DNA from: Mobula hypostoma
Lineage: Eukaryota
NCBI RefSeq assembly: GCF_963921235.1
Contig: NC_086097.1
Coordinates: 150,290,001 to 150,354,000, forward strand
Direction of reading: 5' to 3'
Length of the DNA stretch: 64,000 bases
Shown here: piece after piece, positions 1 through 12,355 of the stretch
How positions within the stretch are numbered: the stretch's first letter is position 1
How the letters are laid out: every line of letters begins with the position of its first letter
Program-made: the position numbers and the translations under genes
The notes under the pieces: model-generated
The model's database searches: none
Told to the model about the DNA's origin: nothing
The model's input: only the letters and a program-made list of their open reading frames with translations

Positions 1-1870
1 CTGAACCAGAGTGCAGAGGGCCCAGAATGAATTCCGCTCAACGGCAACCACCTATCAGGGCATTCATGGATCACCTCACAGTCACCACAGAATCAGTCCC
101 AGGCTGCCGGAGGATTCTGCAGGGGCTCGAAAAGCTGGTGGAGTGGGCCTGGATGCGTTTCAAACCTGCCAAATCAAGATCGATGATGCTGAGGAAAGGG
201 AAGGTGGAGAACAAGTTCCGGTTCAGCATCGCAGGCACAGCCATCCCAACCATCACAGAAAAGCCAGTCAAGAGCTCAGGCAAAGTTTTTGACAGCTCTT
301 TAAGGGACACAACATCCATTCAGGCAACATGCACCGAGTTGGATGGCTGGCTGAAATCTGTGGACAAGTCTGGCCTACCTGGGAAGTTTAAAGCCTGGGT
401 GTATCAGCATGGCATTCTTCCCAGAATCCTATGGCCCCTCCTCATCTATGCAGTTCCGATCTCGACAGTCGAAACCTTAGAGAGGAGGGTTAGCAACCAC
501 CTCAGGAGATGGCTGGGGCTGCCAAAGAGCCTAAGCAGCATCGCACTCTATGGACACAACAAACTGCAACTGCCCTTCAAATCCTTGGAGGAAGAATTCA
601 AGGTAACAAGAGCCAGAGAAGTGCTACAGTATAGGGTCTCAAGTGACCCGAAGGTGGCTAGAGCAGGGATCCAAGTAAGTACTGGCAGGAAGTGGAGGGC
701 AGAGGAAGCTGTTCAGGAGGCAGAGGCGAGGCTGCGTCACAGAAGGTTGGTGGGAGTGGTCACACGAGGCCGAGCTGGGCTAGGATCCTTTCCAATCCCC
801 AAATGGACACCAGAGGGAAGGAAAAGCATCGTCTAGTTCAGGAGGAGGTGAGGGCAGTAGTGGAGGAGATGAGAGCCTGCAAGGTGGTGGGAATGAAGCA
901 ACAGGGAGCTTGGACAAGATGGGAGAATGCGGTTGAGAGGAAAATGACCTGGGCTGATCTTTGGAAAGCTGAACCACACCGCATCCAATTTCTCATCCAG
1001 GCAGTGTACGATGTGCTTCCAAGCCCATCAAACCTGCACACATGGGGCAAGGCAGAGTCATCTGCGTGCCCACTGTGCTCCAAGCGAGGAACCCTGGAGC
1101 ACATCCTCAGTGGCTGTGCAAGGGCACTTGGTGAGGGACGGTATAGGTGGAGGTATGATCAGGTCCTGAAGACCATCGCTGAAGCCGTCAGCACAGGAGT
1201 TGAGTGGGCAAAGCGGTCCCGACTCTCCAAGCAGACCATTGCCTTTGTCAGAGCTGGGGAGCAGCCAATACCCGTCAAAAGAACATCTGCAGGCATTCTG
1301 ACCTCTGCAAGGGACTGGCAGCTGTTGGTGGACCTCGAAGGGCAGCTGAAGTTCCCCAACCATATCGCAGCCACCACCCTGCGACCAGACATTGTCCTAG
1401 TGTCTGAGTCTACTAAGCAAGTGGTGCTGCTGGAGCTGACAGTCCCATGGGAAGATAGCTTGGAAGAGGCCTTTGAAAGGAAGCTCTCCAAGTACGCAGG
1501 ACTGGTCAGTAACTGTCAGCAGGCTGGATGGAAAGCGGGGTGTCTCCCAGTGGAGGTTGGTTGTAGGGGATTCGTAGCCCGTTCTTTAGTTAGAGCCTTC
1601 AGCATTTTGGGCATCGAGGGAGAGAGGAAGAGGAGAGCCATCCGCAGTACCACCGATGCGGCAGAGAGGGCCTCAAGATGGCTGTGGCTCAAAAGAGGGG
1701 AGCCATGGAGTCATAAGTAGCTAGCCATCTGGACACAAGCTGGGGTCTGATCAGCCCCGGCTGGGTCACCTGGAGGAGGTTGTATGATGTTGAAAGACCC
1801 GAAACATCCAATGATTCCAGGAACATCACTGAAGATGTGTCCAGAAGCATCAATAGATGTATGTACACAG
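1..1870 (+). mobile_element. HERO-clade (R2-group) non-LTR retrotransposon, 3' part; runs off the left edge of the window
   Basis: ORFs 27-836 and 692-1720 join across one frameshift near 800. They carry the RT C-terminal region, a CCHC knuckle (CPLCSKRGTLEHILSGC), a restriction-like endonuclease (RPDIVLV...LELTVPWE...K) and the C-terminus WLWLKRGEPWSHK*, followed by a ~150 nt 3' UTR. Confidence 0.9.
1769..1841 (+). ncRNA. Rearranged hammerhead-like RNA motif in the HERO 3' UTR (copy 1)
   Basis: GGTTG-TA-TGATGTT (1778-1791) ... GACCC-GAAA-CATCC (1796-1809) ... AACATCA-CTGAAGA-TGTGTC (1822-1841). CCTGGAG/TTCCAGG extends stem III. Confidence 0.65.
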
Positions 1871-3735
1871 CTTTCGTAATAGGTGGGCCAGAATTAGGGT
1901 GTTTAATATCTGAGGGCTCCCCTCTATTATCCTCAAACAGCTGCTCTATATACTGAATCCACCTCTCACATACTTTATCTGGATCCGTTAGTATGGATCC
2001 GTCTGCTGATCTTATGCATCCTGTAGAGGAGGTTTTCTTAATTCCAGTAATTTCCTTAATTTTCTTATGCATTTCTTTGCTGTTGTTAATATGGCCTTCT
2101 ACTTCATTGCATTTTTGATTCAACCATTCTTCCTTTGCAATATTGCACAATTGTCTGGTCTGTCTGTCTAGCTCTCTGTATTGCACTTTATCATTCTTCA
2201 CTAACCTTCTTCGTTCCACCAGATCTAGAATTTCTTGGATTATCCACCCCTTGTTGGTGTGTTGTATTTCTTGAACTGGGATTATCTCCTCTGCTGATTG
2301 CTTTATAGCATATTTAAATCTGTCCCAAATAGGTGTCGTTACATTTTCGTTGAGGTGTTCTTCTACAGCTGTTTTGAATTGTTGTTTAAGTATGCTATCT
2401 TTTTATGTTCTCCCAACATATACTTCTTTCTCTTTTTTCCACGTTTCAGTTTCTTTAATTTTGTTTTAATGGTAGCTATTACTGGATAGTGATCTGAACC
2501 ACAGTCTGCTCCTGAGTAGGCTTTAGAATTTGTAATATTATTTCTAAAGCGTTCATTGAAGGTAATGAAATCTATTTGATTCCTTGTTCTATCTCCAGGG
2601 CTAATCCAAGTACACAATCTATGTGGATGGTTTTTATACCAAGTATTGGTGATCATTTGGTTGTTTCTGACACACCAATCAGGAAACCCTTCTCCATTTT
2701 CATTTTTCTCCCCTAATCCAAAGGGTCCTATGATGTTATCAACCCTTTCCTGTCCAACTTTGGCATTAAAATCTCCCATGACTAGTTTTATATCCTGAGA
2801 TTTACATTGCTCATAAGCACTGTCGAGATCTTCATAACACTTGTTGACATCCTCTTCATCTGTATCATTTGTTGGTGCATAGGCTTGGATTATGCTAATG
2901 TTAAAAGGGTTACCCCTTAATTTAGCTAAAAGCAGCCGATCGGATATCACCTAATATCCCATAAAACATTTTGATACTTGTTTGTTTAAAATAATTCCAA
3001 CTCCATACATATGCTGTTGCCCTCCAGAATACATTATCAGAGAACTATTCTTCATGAATTTGCCACTGTCAGTCCATCTAATTTCTGACAGGCCTAAGAT
3101 ATCAACTTCCAACCTTTTCATTTCATTTAATGTGTTGTCCAACATTCCTTTCTGGTAAAGTGTGTGGATGTTCCATGTTGCTATCCCTAGCCTTTCCCTA
3201 TTGCTTACAGTCTCTGGATGACGGTCTGGTGTCACCTGCAGCACATGACTACCCCTACCGAGTGAGGTGTTGTTCTGTTGATTAGAATTGACCCCACTCA
3301 CACTGTTGTCTGGTTTCCTTCTTTTGTTTCTTTCCATGGTTGACTAGACAGAAATTTCAACAGTGGTTTGCCGTTGCCTTCTGTTGCCGCAGTGCTCATC
3401 TAACTAGAGCATTTGGCCTTTACTGGTGTTCCCGATTGGGAATCATACACTAGACGTCGCCCAACCTTTGCTGTTGTACAAAGACATTCCTGCACCAAAG
3501 CTTGGAATCCATCTCCCTGCTGCCGAAGCCTTCAGTAATTTTAGGTGACACCACCACCATTGGTCTGGTTATTTTTCTGGCACCAAACAGTCACCATAAA
3601 CAGAGCTCCTTCAGCGAGACAGGGTGCACCCGGACCTAAGTCCTACGTGAAGGCGGAGTTGTCTTGGGTGGGAGAAGCTATATAATCGCTATTGGCATTT
3701 CCTGATATTTGGTCAGGACCCAACCACCCCATATA
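1868..3735 (-). mobile_element. RTE-clade LINE, 5' half (5' UTR, AP endonuclease, linker), inverted relative to its 3' half
   Basis: Minus ORFs: IATWNIHTL...GLSEIRW, IIQAYAPT, VMGDFNAKVG, NQIDFI, GSDHYPV, ending at GPPITKA at the HERO junction. Several stops. Confidence 0.9.
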
Positions 3736-3739
3736 CCCC

Positions 3740-4855
3740 AAATTTCAGTGGAAATGATACAAGCCCTAGAAGATCTGGGCATAGATATTCTTTTTGAACT
3801 GTTTAATGGCATATATGAATCTGGTGTATTGCCTGACGATCTCTTGAAATCAGTACTTATAACTCTGCCAACAATTCCTGGAACCATTGGCTGCGAAAAT
3901 TATAGAACAATCAGTCCTATGAGTCACATAATAAAGATTTTGTTGAGAATTGTTCTGAGTCGAATTAAAAACAAGTAAAGACCAGAAACTTCTAAACTGC
4001 AATATGGGTTTATTGAGGATAGAGGAAATAGGAAGGCAATTTTCATACTACAAATGCTTTCAGAAAGGGCAATTGAATATCAAAATGATAACCCTAATAG
4101 CAAGCGCTGCAGAAGATCTACAAATCCTCCTAGACAAAGTCGTACAAACAAGTGCAGATTTTGGTCTAACCATCAACTGTAAATAAACCAAATGTATGGT
4201 AATATCAAAACAGCAGGATACTCCCAACTGCCAATTGTACATCGGTAACCAAGAGATTGAACAAAAGACCAGCTTTAATTACCTTGGTAGCTTTATATCA
4301 CAAATGCTAGAAGTAAAGTAGAAATAAAAAGAAGAATTGCCATTGCCAAAACCAACTTCCAAAAAATGAAATCCATTTTTACCAACAGACACATTTCTAT
4401 GACAACAAGGCTTTGGCTACTAAAATGTTACTGTATGCTTCCAAAAATCTTGCTGTATGCTTCCGAAACATGGACTATAACACCAGAATTCCAAAGGAAC
4501 TTAGAAGCAACAGAAATGTGGTTTCTTAGAATGTTGAAAATATCCTATAGAGATAGGGTAACTAATGAGAACTCCAAAGTGCCCATACAAAAAAATCTTT
4601 AATGAGAACATTAAATGAGAGGAAACTTAAATTCCTGGGCCATGTCATCAGAAAGGGAGAAATAGAATACCTTACAGTACAAGGCTGTATGCCTGGGAAA
4701 CACGGAAGAGGAAGGCAAAGAAGAAAACATATGGACACTGTGAAAGAACTAACAGATCTAAGTGTGCGAGATATCATTGACGCTGCGAGGGATCGTTTGA
4801 TGTGGAAAGCCATGATCGCCCAAGCGTGTAACGCGCAAGGCACATGAAGAAGAGG
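3740..4855 (+). mobile_element. RTE-clade LINE, 3' half (RT with an internal deletion, plus 3' end)
   Basis: ISVEMIQALEDLG, CENYRTIS, QYGF, LLYASETWT, LKFLGHVIRK, GRGRQR. Ends in a TGAAGAAGA tail. The RT core is skipped near 4090. Confidence 0.88.
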
Positions 4856-5209
4856 ACCAAATGACTTACGGAACAAGGTGTTTCATAGTACTGGGCCTTG
4901 CTTAGATAGAACATAATCTTATCTACAGCAGTAACTTTTTAATCTCCTGGAGACTTGATCTTAAATATAAATAAAGCAAACTATGAAGCAATCTGTGTTT
5001 TAGCAGTTGTAGACTGGGAAAATTACAATAAAATAATTACAATGGTACTGCAAAGGATGAAAGCCATTTTCGAGTATCAAATCTATTTTGGTTCCATGTA
5101 GGCGCAAACCTTCACACTCACACAGTTAGAGAGGGAGATCAGGGATAGAAGAGGTTACACCTACCTAAAGTTGGAGGAGGTAGGGGGCACCTGTAATGAA
5201 TAATTTGCT

Positions 5210-5695
5210 TCAGTATTTACTAGTGAGAGGGAAATAAAGGAATGTGTGGTGGGCATAGAACAGGTTGATAGGCTGGAAAATGTCGACGCTAAGAAAGAGC
5301 ACGAGGAAAGCTAAGTTGAGGGGGTCAGCTGGGATATACCAGTTTGCTACAGGAAGTGAGGGAAGAGATTCTTGTGCCTTTAGCGATGATCTTTGCAACT
5401 TTACTGGTCATAGGAGTAGTACAAGAAGATTGGACAGGGTTTGGAGAAAGTTACAGGGGGCAGGGTGGATGCCAGAAGTGTTTTTTCACTCACGGTAGTA
5501 GGTATGTGGAATGCGCTGCCAGGGATAGTGGTAGAGCTAGATATGTTAGGGATATTCAAGCCTCTTAGATAAGCACATGGGTGAAAGAAAATTCGAGTAT
5601 TATGTGAGGGTAGATCGATCATTAAGTAAGTTAAAGGATCAGCAGAACATCATTGGCCAAAGAGCCTGTAATGTGCTGCACTGTTCTATGTTCAG
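5210..5695 (+). mobile_element. Highly degraded CR1 LINE fragments
   Basis: Resembles the other CR1 copies in the window (tttgcttcagtatttact; gtggaatgcgctgccaggg; 3' end tgttctatgttc). Confidence 0.6.
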
Positions 5696-6771
5696 TAAAA
5701 TTTAATGTTGAGAAAGAGGCATTTTATGAACATACAAATATATGAATTAAGAGGATAGATTTAGAGAACAAGAGATTTATGGGGGTTGCCATTGGATGGA
5801 GTAACAGAAGACAGAATAAGTGACTAGACTTATTCCTTCAGTTTAGATGGAGCTGTGATCTTTGAAATGTACAAAATTCTTATTGGTTGACTAGGTAAAT
5901 GCAGGGAAGATGGGATGTCACAATGAAACTGACCCATAAATCAATATGCACATTCACATTTTTAAAATTTCTCCTTGCCCAGTAAAATCCGGATTGTGAC
6001 TGGTCCTCTCTCTCAATACTGTTTTGCTATTCACCCAAATGCCCCTTCATGCTTTTTATGTCTAGAATCTATCAATTGCCTTCTTAATTATATTTAGTGA
6101 TTAGGCCTCCAGAGTGTTCTGTGGGAAGGAACTCCACCAGTTTTCTGTCCTCTGAAAGAAGAACTTTTCCTTATCTTATCCCTAAATGATTTACCCTATG
6201 TTTTGAGTCTGTGACCACTGGTTTTAGAATTCCCAGTAAAGAATGCATTCTCCATACATCAAGCCTGTTAAAACCCTGTCAGTTTCAATTTGATTTTCTC
6301 TCATTCTTCTAGACTCTAGTAAATGCACACCTAATTGAGCTCCAAATCCTCCTGCATATTCTGTGTGTTGACCTAGTTGACCTAATCTTTTTTCATAGGG
6401 TAGTCACACTCCCTCCAGAATGTTACACCTCTGTTGTATTACTTGGATATGGAAGCCAAAATTATACACAATACTTGAGGGGTAATCTCTCCGTCATTGC
6501 CATTACTAAGATACTAACTAAATTGCTTTGTAAAACACAGCCCCAGCAGCCCTGGCCTCGACCTGTTACAGATGTTCCTTTTGTTCTATCCATCCCTCTG
6601 TAATTTAAAACAAACTTTTGATTTTCACATTTGGGTTTTTAACAAGTGGTCTTCAACCCTGAAACCTTAATTCTGTTTCTCTTTCCACAGATACTTGCTG
6701 ACCTACTATGTGCTTCCACCATTTTCTGTTGTACTCTATTTATAATTGCAATGATTTACTTAAATATGTAC

Positions 6772-7649
6772 TGTTACGAGAATACACATAAAATTAAGAT
6801 GTTTGCTGGCCTGGGCTAGCATCAGTGGCATCAGCAGTTGGTCTGCCACCTGCCCTCAGGGGAAGGAGAGATAAGGAACAATGGAGCAGCGTCTGGAGAT
6901 GTGTAATGGAGGGACGTGGGAGAGGGAGCTGTCTGGAGCGGCTCCCCCTTTGAACCCTGAACTGTTTGAAGTGGTGGACAGGCGATACCCCAGCAGGGGG
7001 ATAAAAAGGGACAGGTTCGCTAAGACAGACACACACGCCACCCGAGGTAACGAGACCCTGGAAGCGGTGCGCTTCTCACGAGTGGGTGAGAAGTACCGGA
7101 CAACGACAAGGGTGGAAAGGTACGATCAGCGGGAACCCGGTGTGTGTCCGCCCTTGCCTGGGTGCCGGGTTCACTGCAGAGGATCGACCGCATCTGGAGG
7201 AGGGGTCACAGTCGGTGACCTCAGGTGACATCACCAAGGACCTGCCCAAAAGCTGTTTGTGAGCCATCTCGCTGGTCTGTGAGCCATCCCGCTGGTCTGT
7301 GAGTGAAGCAGTGTTCTGAATGATCAGTTGTTCCTATTCTGTCTCTCTTCCCCCACCTTGTCCATCGCCATGGCAACGATTACTGCGAACTGAACTACAA
7401 ACTGGACTGAACTTTGAGTCATTTTGAAATTGGTCATTTACCCCTAGACAATGATAGAGCTTGATTGATGCTGTTATCTTAATTCTGTGCACATGTGTGG
7501 TTATCATTGTTGAATTGTTGCATTTATTATCCTTTCGATTACTGTGTTGCTTGTTTCTTTAATAAAACTTTCTTAGTTCTAGTACTCCAGACTCCAACTG
7601 AGTGATCCATTTCTGCTGGTTTGGCAACCCAGTTACGGGGTACGTAACA
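6772..7649 (+). mobile_element. Solo LTR (Gypsy-like), 878 bp, intronic
   Basis: Termini TGTTACG...CGTAACA, 4-bp TSD GTAC (6768-6771 and 7650-7653), AATAAA at 7561-7566, CpG-rich. Confidence 0.88.
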
Positions 7650-7786
7650 GTACCGTCTAGTTCTGTTCTTCAATTAAAATAAGTAGATAAGCTACAACTA
7701 AGCCACTTTCATTGTCAGCGAAGATCATACATCTGTACTTAACTATCAATTAAATAAGAAATATATATATACATATTGTAACTCAC

Positions 7787-7832
7787 CTTATTTCTATCTG
7801 CCTTGATTTTATTCAACACTCCAGTATATGTA
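7787..7832 (-). CDS. ST3GAL1-like: ST3Gal I-like sialyltransferase, coding exon 4 (46 bp)
   Basis: aacag|T ACA TAT ACT GGA GTG TTG AAT AAA ATC AAG GCA GAT AGA AAT AAG|gtgagt encodes (R)TYTGVLNKIKADRNK. Phase matches the previous exon, and it is homologous to the short ST3GAL1 exon TYIPVPAKIRVKQDK. Confidence 0.92.
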
Positions 7833-8368
7833 CTGTTAATAAAAAAGATATCATGTAGAACATTTCATTAATTCATCTTATTCCAAGCACACAAATAGAT
7901 AGAAATATCATAATTTTATCTAATTAATGTGGTTCCTCCCACTTATTGAAAAATCTATGACCTGTTGTGGACCATTGATGTAACAATTACTATTTGTTGT
8001 TTTCAACAGATATCTCAATGTCATCTCCACAACCATTAAACTGCTTTTGTGTGGACAATTAATGGGGTGTAATCAATGAATCACTAAATTTTATTAAGCA
8101 CTATCATGTATGTTTAAGAGTGGAATTTACACATCATTGACAGCCCATGGTGATTTAAATCAGACAGCCTGTCAAGGGCGACTTGTGTAAGGTAAGAAAG
8201 AGCTATAGGCCCATTAAATGCTGTAACTTATAATCAGTCAATGCTTTCAGGGCACAGAAGCAAAAAAGAAAAAAAAGTAGTGAAATTAATGCAGAGGACA
8301 GCTAACTATCTTGAACTTACTATATGTTCATGTGTATTTCTTTTGAGAAGTATTAACATCTGACTCAC

Positions 8369-8548
8369 CGTCTGATATTGCCCGTGGTAAAGGCACTTAT
8401 TAGCCACCGTAAATCCAATATTTTAAATGGTATCAGGACCAAAGAAACATTTTCTGCTAGGTTTTGTGCACTTTCAGGATACATGAAGTGATGTGTAGTT
8501 TTACGACCCACATCGGCCTCATAGCCAACTGTCTCTGCACGGTTCATC
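8369..8548 (-). CDS. ST3GAL1-like: ST3Gal I-like sialyltransferase, coding exon 3 (180 bp; second half of sialylmotif L)
   Basis: tatag|G ATG...AGA CG|gtgagt. Encodes [59 protein letters not shown]. Confidence 0.96.
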
Positions 8549-10276
8549 CTATATGAAAAGAAGAAAAAAGAGCAGCTCATTTTGCAAATGCTCAGAAAAC
8601 TCTTGCTCTATCCTTTAATGAGATCTAAACTGGTTTCCGTAGACAATGTTCATTTATTTAAATTTTGAGTCAATGTGAAACACTGCCTGGAAACAGACCC
8701 TTCACTCCAAACTGTCCATGCTAACCAAGTTATAGCTTGAATTGGTCCCTTTTTCTAGCGTTTAGCCCATATCCCTCTAAATTTCCAAATATACAAATTA
8801 GGAGTGGGTGATTCTAATCGAAGGGAGGAAATAAAAACATTGAAAACAGTTCAAAGGAAGTTTATTAAAATTCGTTTTGGGTAGGTTGCCTTATGAGGAG
8901 AGGTTACACATGCTAGACCACTATTTGGAAGCTTCTTTATGTAGAGATCCACAGTAGTGGTCAATATTTACTTCTGTGATGAAAGATCTGGCAAATGGAG
9001 CATAATGTGGGAAAGTATGAGCTTGCCCACTTTGACAGGAAAAAATGAAAATGAAGCAAATGACCCAAATGCTGAACACTTTTCACTCTGAGTGTTGTGA
9101 ATTTTTGAGCTCTCTTCTGTTATTCCCCTTGAATCTACTCTAGAATTGAATAACATTATGGTTGATCTGCCTAATCTCAATTTTTCAACTTCTAATAACC
9201 TTTCATCCCGTTGCTTATCAAAAACTTATTTAACTTTGCCTTAAAATTATTCAAAGCTTGTGACTCTGAGAAAAACAAAAACCACGTCCCTAAATGGGCA
9301 CCCAGCCCTACTACTTTTAAACATGGACGCCCAATTTCTTGATTCTCCACAAGGGGAAACATGCTTCCACAAATGTCCTACGATTCTCATATGTTGCAAT
9401 TAAGTAAGCCCCGTACCATTCTGGATATTGATTACAAGCATGCTTTCTATAATCTTTCCTCATATGAAAACATGACAAAAGTAAGCTTTCTTTAAACTGC
9501 TTCCAATGTATTAATGTTGTTCCTTAAATAAAAAGGTCCGTTTTGTACACACTGCTCCAGATGAGGTCTTGCTGATGACTTATGTACTACCTGTGTTTTT
9601 TTTTTGTATTTAATTCCACACGCAATATACAATAACTTTCTATTAGACATTCTTAATTTTGTTTAGACTCTTATTTGCTTGGTGTACTTGCTTGGATCTT
9701 TTGCAAATCCTTTACTCTGTCCATAACTGATTCTGTGGAACACTGCTCATTATATCATGTTGGAGAAAACACATATGGCAAATATCTTTTTCTTCAATCT
9801 ACACCAACATATTTGTTCCTGCATTATTTGTTTTCTTTTTGGCAATAAAATTTGATATGATGCCTTATCAAAGCTTTCTTGAAATTTAAGTAATGATCAA
9901 CCTCGCAATAGATATAACTTCATCAACAGCAATAAAAAAAACCAAAATTTTCTTTATTGCCTTATTTTTTTCTAAGTGTCCTTTTACATCTTTAAAAACA
10001 TTCACTATAATAGATGCTAAGATAATTAGCCCATAGTTTATTGATTTCAATATCCCCGCCTTTTTAAAATCAAAAAACTATCTTATATCAAAAGTTGAAC
10101 AAACTCCAGAATAGCACAGAATCAAATTTTGAGGTACATACATTGCTCTTATTGCACCTCCTCCATTTTCTATCTTTAAGTATAATTCTAAGGAAATAAC
10201 TATTCTTATGGGGTCATTTGATAAATTCTATATGTACAAATATTTTAAAACAAATCCAGAGCTCCAGGCAACTTAC

Positions 10277-10470
10277 CTCATCACAAAATCGTAAGTGTCA
10301 ATTATTGGTCCATAATTGGATCCTATCAAATTCCCAGAATTCCCTACCACAGCACACGTCCTGCATCTTCTTGGCCCGGCGTCCATGGGCAGGCTGTCTC
10401 CCGGAAATAGCTCAAATAGTTGCTCTAATACAGTGCCGATATTGGATTCATTGGTGTTACCTTGAAGCCT
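10277..10470 (-). CDS. ST3GAL1-like: ST3Gal I-like sialyltransferase, coding exon 2 (194 bp; start of sialylmotif L)
   Basis: Not in the ORF track. ggtag|AGG...ATG AG|gtaagt translates as [64 protein letters not shown](R). Confidence 0.96.
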
Positions 10471-10659
10471 CTACCGAAAGATAATTTTAAATGAGTAAAT
10501 ATTAATAACTTTATTATGTTTTAACAATGAACTTGAAATAATTTAAGAATATCTATTTAATAATTTATTCTATTATTGGTTACGTTTAATACTTCCTTCA
10601 GCATAAATGATAATAGCGGACGGTATAGTAATTAGGCAGAACTTTACAAGTAAAATTTA

Positions 10660-11398
10660 GAATGTTCAAGCATTCTGTGGGTGAATCGTGTAACAATCTC
10701 AAAGCAGTATGGCAGAAGGATCTTGGAAGTGATATTAAAGATAATGAGTGGTCAAATATTTTATCAAATGTGGGTAGACATATTAGGGAAGCAAGAGGGA
10801 AATTTATTCAGTATAAGATAGTACACAGATATTACTGGACACCAACTAGACTGTACAAAATGGGGATTGTTGAAAATAATTTATGCCGGAAATGTAAAAA
10901 TGAGGTGGGCACATATTTTCACATGATTTGGGAGTGTTCCATGGTTCGTCCATTTTGGTGTAAAGTTCTTGACCTGTTGGGGAATTGATTGGGTTCCGCA
11001 CCGCCCTTGTGCCCACGGCTTTGTCTCCTGGGCGATAGGACAATGATATCTAATGTAAACAATAACAAATTTACTATTTTAAAGGTGGGTCTTATCACAG
11101 TTGCAAGAATTACATTGCAAAACTGGAAAAATCCCAGATGACCCACTGTGAAGGAGTGGCCTGAGGAAATGATTAAGATTTCATCATATGAACACATGTT
11201 GGGATGAATTAACAGTGAGGGAAAAGTGCAGGTGCGTGGGATCAGTTTTGGTTGTATGTTAATTTAAACTTAAATTAGAACTTCTTTCTGTCTCTAAGTT
11301 TTATTTGTTTTCCTGTCATGGGATGGCTGCGTAAATATGCTGTACTGTATCTGCTCTGTGATATGCTTTGTAAAATAAGAATAAATAATAAAAAAAAT
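10660..11398 (+). mobile_element. L1/Tx1-group LINE, 3' fragment
   Basis: FIQYKIVHRYYWTPTRL...CRKCKNEVGTYFHMIWEC (C-terminal zinc-knuckle region). Ends in AATAAATAATAAAAAAAA. Confidence 0.8.
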
Positions 11399-11989
11399 TC
11401 GAATTTTAAAAATATCCAGAATGTCTTACAGAAAACAACTTTTAAAAATGTCACAAAACAGCTTTACAAAATAGTGACTTTTCAAACCCAAAATTATATT
11501 TTAAAACAAGACCCAAGCAGAAATCTCACAAGAAGCTGCAGAGGGTTGTAGATGCAGCCAGTTCCTGTCATGGGCACAAGCCTCCTCACCATCGAGGATA
11601 TCTTCAGGAGGTACTGCCTCAAGAAAGCAGCAAGGCCCTTGATCATCTGGGACACCTTTGCTTTACTACCATCGCGGAGGAGGTACAGTACAGGTGCCAG
11701 AAGACCGACACTCAATGTTCTGAGAATAGCTTCTTCCCCTCTGCCATCGGCTTGCTGAACTGTCCATGACAATTGAGCACTACCACACCATTCTATTTTT
11801 GCACTATTTATTTATTCCTGTAACTTTAAGCTATTTTTATGTCTTGCACTGTACTGCTTTTGCATGAATAAGCCTGATTCTGACTCTGGTTCTCAGACAT
11901 GTCAAGCTGAGATGTGTAAAATCAAAATAAGGACCTCTTTCTACTGAATCTCTCTCCCTCACACTCACACACATATAGACACAAACATA

Positions 11990-12029
11990 CACAAACAAGA
12001 GAAGGTCTGCAGATATTGGGAATCCTAGC

Positions 12030-12068
<39 letters not shown>

Positions 12069-12355
12069 GCACACAAAAATGCTGGAGGAACTGAGTAGGC
12101 CAGGCAGCGTCTATGGAAAAGAGTAAACAGCTGACGTTTTGGGCCGAGGCCCTTCATCAGGACTGGAAAAAAAAAGACGAGGAGAGAGAGTAATAAAGTG
12201 GATAAATGCGAGGAAGAACCACAAGGTTATAGGTGAAACTGGGAGAGGGTTGGGGTGAAGCAAAGAGCTGGATAGTTGATTGGTGAAGGAGATACAGGGC
12301 TGGAGAAGGGGGAATTGGTAAAGGAGATGCAAGGCTAGAAAAGGGGCAATGGTGC
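11990..12355 (-). mobile_element. Penelope-derived terminal repeat / SINE-like element with a mutated minimal hammerhead and an internal (CA)n tract
   Basis: Reverse complement of ~12128-12166 is CAGTC-CTGATGA-AGGGCCTCGGCCC-AAAA-CGTC (GAAA mutated to AAAA). (CA)n at ~12031-12066. Homologous to 63260-63981. Confidence 0.8.

Noticed and set aside
4860..6770. Searched for the sialylmotif S and VS exons
   Set aside because: No PSTG or HYW-encoding segment found; these exons presumably lie beyond the left edge of the window.
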